Below are positions 61,562-64,000 of a stretch of 64,000 nt of DNA, in pieces. The notes under the pieces are model-generated. The model saw only the letters and a program-made list of their open reading frames with translations. It did no database searches and had not been told where the DNA came from. The translations under genes and the position numbers were made by a program. This DNA comes from Heptranchias perlo. Lineage: Eukaryota. The stretch covers positions 182,714,001 through 182,778,000 of the forward strand of contig NC_090325.1 in the NCBI RefSeq assembly GCF_035084215.1, read 5' to 3'. Within the stretch, counting starts at the first letter, position 1. Each line of letters starts with the position of its first letter.

Positions 61562-64000
61562 GTAAGTTGAATGTATACTGGAATTTTATTACTGTAAATC
61601 ATAAGTTAATACTAAAAGTTAATATAATTAGGAAAAAAATGATTTTCACTAACAATATTTACTATTATGTTTGGGTTAAAATATTTTATATTTCAGTAAT
61701 TCTGTAGCCACATGTCTCCAGCTTCAATGTAAAATAGTTAAATCTAAACCGCTGTGCACCTTCCCTCTTCTAAGTTTAAGCCTATTTTTGAAGGAATAAC
61801 CATCTTTTGGAATACACATTCCAGAAATCCTTCCTCCACATATCTAGTATTGAGTGTACCCAGTTATTGTGCTTGTCCTTTTGAGCTATGACGGGTCCAC
61901 CTGAAAAGATTCCTTCTATGTGTGGTTGTCCCAGACATTCTTAGCCTCCAGAATTTCCCACATCATGCAAGTTGTGCACAATATTGGTCTTGTCTGTACT
62001 GCCATACTAATTATACACTAGTTGATAATTAACCTTCACCTGATCTAGTGTGGTGGATCAGCCCAACTCTCACTCATTACCTAACTCCTGCTCAGACTAA
62101 ACTCTCTCTTTAGATTAATCTCACTCTGTTGCTCCTCACTCAGGTGCATCATAGCTTATTATGTATAACAACTCCATGATCTTTACAAGATCCATCCAAA
62201 CAAACCCCTCATTATGTAATTCCTTATTGACTATAGTGGCTTTTGTTTTTAGACCGCGTTGATCTGATCATAGTACCATAGCAACTCCTTCAGGATTGAA
62301 TAATTTGTATTGAAGTGTGTAAATTTTTTATCCTGGGCATCTTTGAGGGATTGGTTAAGGAGAAATTCCAGAGTATCTCTTCTTGTAAATTCTAGCCTGT
62401 GTTTATTCACCTGCCCAGTGGAGTATATAATTTGTACACAAATTAATGGCAATGATGGACTGAATGACCTTATCTCTTTCAATACTTACATTGTTACTTC
62501 AGTTGTCCCATTCATGTCTCTTTTTCCCCCCAACTTCTTAATTATCCTATGCATGTAATTCATTCTAAGCTTAGGGGTACTTGAGTTACAGTAATTACTG
62601 TGAAAATTGGCCACTCATTTAATGATCAGCCCACCATATCTACATTTTGGAATGTTGACCCTCTAGAAATCAGGAGAATGCATGTAGTTTCCTGAGCACT
62701 TTGTTTCATCCAAACAGGACAAAATCCATCCAAAAACCCGATCAATTTCTTCCCTATTCATTAATAACATTATTGATGCAGTCAGTGGCCACATATAGTC
62801 CATTTGCCCCTCACCTCTGTCTCTGGGCCTCCATGACTTAAGCTGTAACTATTGCTGGAGCCATGATACATGAAGAGGCTGGGGAGAGCTGAGTTGCAAG
62901 TCAAGTCAGACCTTGCTACAAGCTGCTAGAACATCACAGGTGACTGAAATCTGACGAACAGGTCTAACTATAGGCAGAGATTTTTTAAAAGGGTGATCGC
63001 TATATAACTGGAAGTAAATGTTTTGAGATTGAGCTGCTGCTTTTCATTCAATTCAATCCATTCGTTCAATTCACATAAGCAAACTGTTGCAAATTTTGAG
63101 TCTGCACTAGATATTTTCATAGCCTCAACATCACCAGTCACTCCACTAAATGGTCCTTAAATCCCCTATAATCAGGAGTATACTTTTAAAGCCCAATATT
63201 TAGTTAAATTATTGTGTAACCCTGGGACTATAACAATAAGATGTTTTGTTCTGGATACTGTGATCTTGCACATACCACTACATGTTGTCCCATTTAACAA
63301 AAAGCAAACTAAAAAGCCAATTGTAAACTCACAAGCTAGTTTATTTTACCTGTAATATATGAATGAACAGAATACAGTTTTCACGGTGAGATTTACATAT
63401 TTCCTATCACTCTGTCGATGCAAAATTTGCCCTTTGATGTAGGCCTACCTCACTTTACAAGGCAGCAACCCTGAACTGACTTGGCATTAACTTTAAAAAG
63501 TGTCCTCTGCCCCTCTAACTGTTTCCAACTCAAACCTGCATTCCAGAGAGAAGAGAAGACAAGCTTGACCTCTGACCCCCTTGTCTGTCGGACAGGCTTG
63601 CCAAGCTACCAATCAATGTTGCCACTTTGAACCCCCCCCCCCCCCCTCCCCTCTTGGTGTGGGAGCCATGGCGATTGCATTACCTGATCAATTGATGCCT
63701 CTGACAGTGCCTCTGAGTGGAAACAATTCAACATTACAGGTGTGAATCTCCCTGGAATGTGCTAATGAAGCCCTCTCCCTGTTGTCTCAAATCTCATATA
63801 GATAGTGGTTTTGAAGATAGGTCTGCGCCCAAAACAGATTTTGTTCAGATTTCCAGCACCTGTAGTTTTGTGCTTTTTGCTACATAACCGTTTTAATGGC
63901 TTACCCGTTTTGCTTTGGGATAACCCATCAAAATTCTTAATCACCCTTCATTTCAGCAGCTCCAGGCAATCAAGTCAGAAAAGTATGCTTCAGCTCTGAG

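Noticed and set aside
1-64000. Most ORFs in the supplied track as real genes, or a prokaryotic-style operon, defence or CRISPR system
   Set aside because: The DNA is eukaryotic with spliced genes. The ORFs are TE fragments, their antisense frames, or chance ORFs. No repeat-spacer array was seen.
61562-64000. Last RNF170 coding exon or THAP1
   Set aside because: No sequence encoding the expected MDLPTLLRH-like segment or a THAP domain was found; presumably beyond the window.

Overview
This is vertebrate genomic DNA, not prokaryotic. The repeat content (CR1-type LINEs, Deu-domain SINEs, Neptune-type Penelope elements, Harbinger) suggests a cartilaginous fish; that assignment is inference. Two spliced genes diverge from a CpG island at about 17.0-17.8 kb. 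HOOK3 lies on the minus strand (coding exons 1 and 2 are in the window; the rest is left of it). RNF170 lies on the plus strand (a putative 5' exon plus five coding exons; the last coding exon is right of the window). None of these exons appears in its true frame in the ORF track; they were read manually. The introns are mostly transposable elements. Main points of interest: (1) a nest in HOOK3 intron 1 where a hAT transposon holds a Penelope-like element that holds a second one, each with a target-site duplication, leaving two same-strand minimal hammerhead ribozymes 285 nt apart; (2) a LINE family found alongside short elements built from its 5' UTR and 3' end; (3) an upstream ATG in the putative first RNF170 exon that is one nucleotide out of frame with an open N-terminal extension. 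Exon, TSD and ribozyme coordinates were counted by hand; boundaries of old repeats are approximate.
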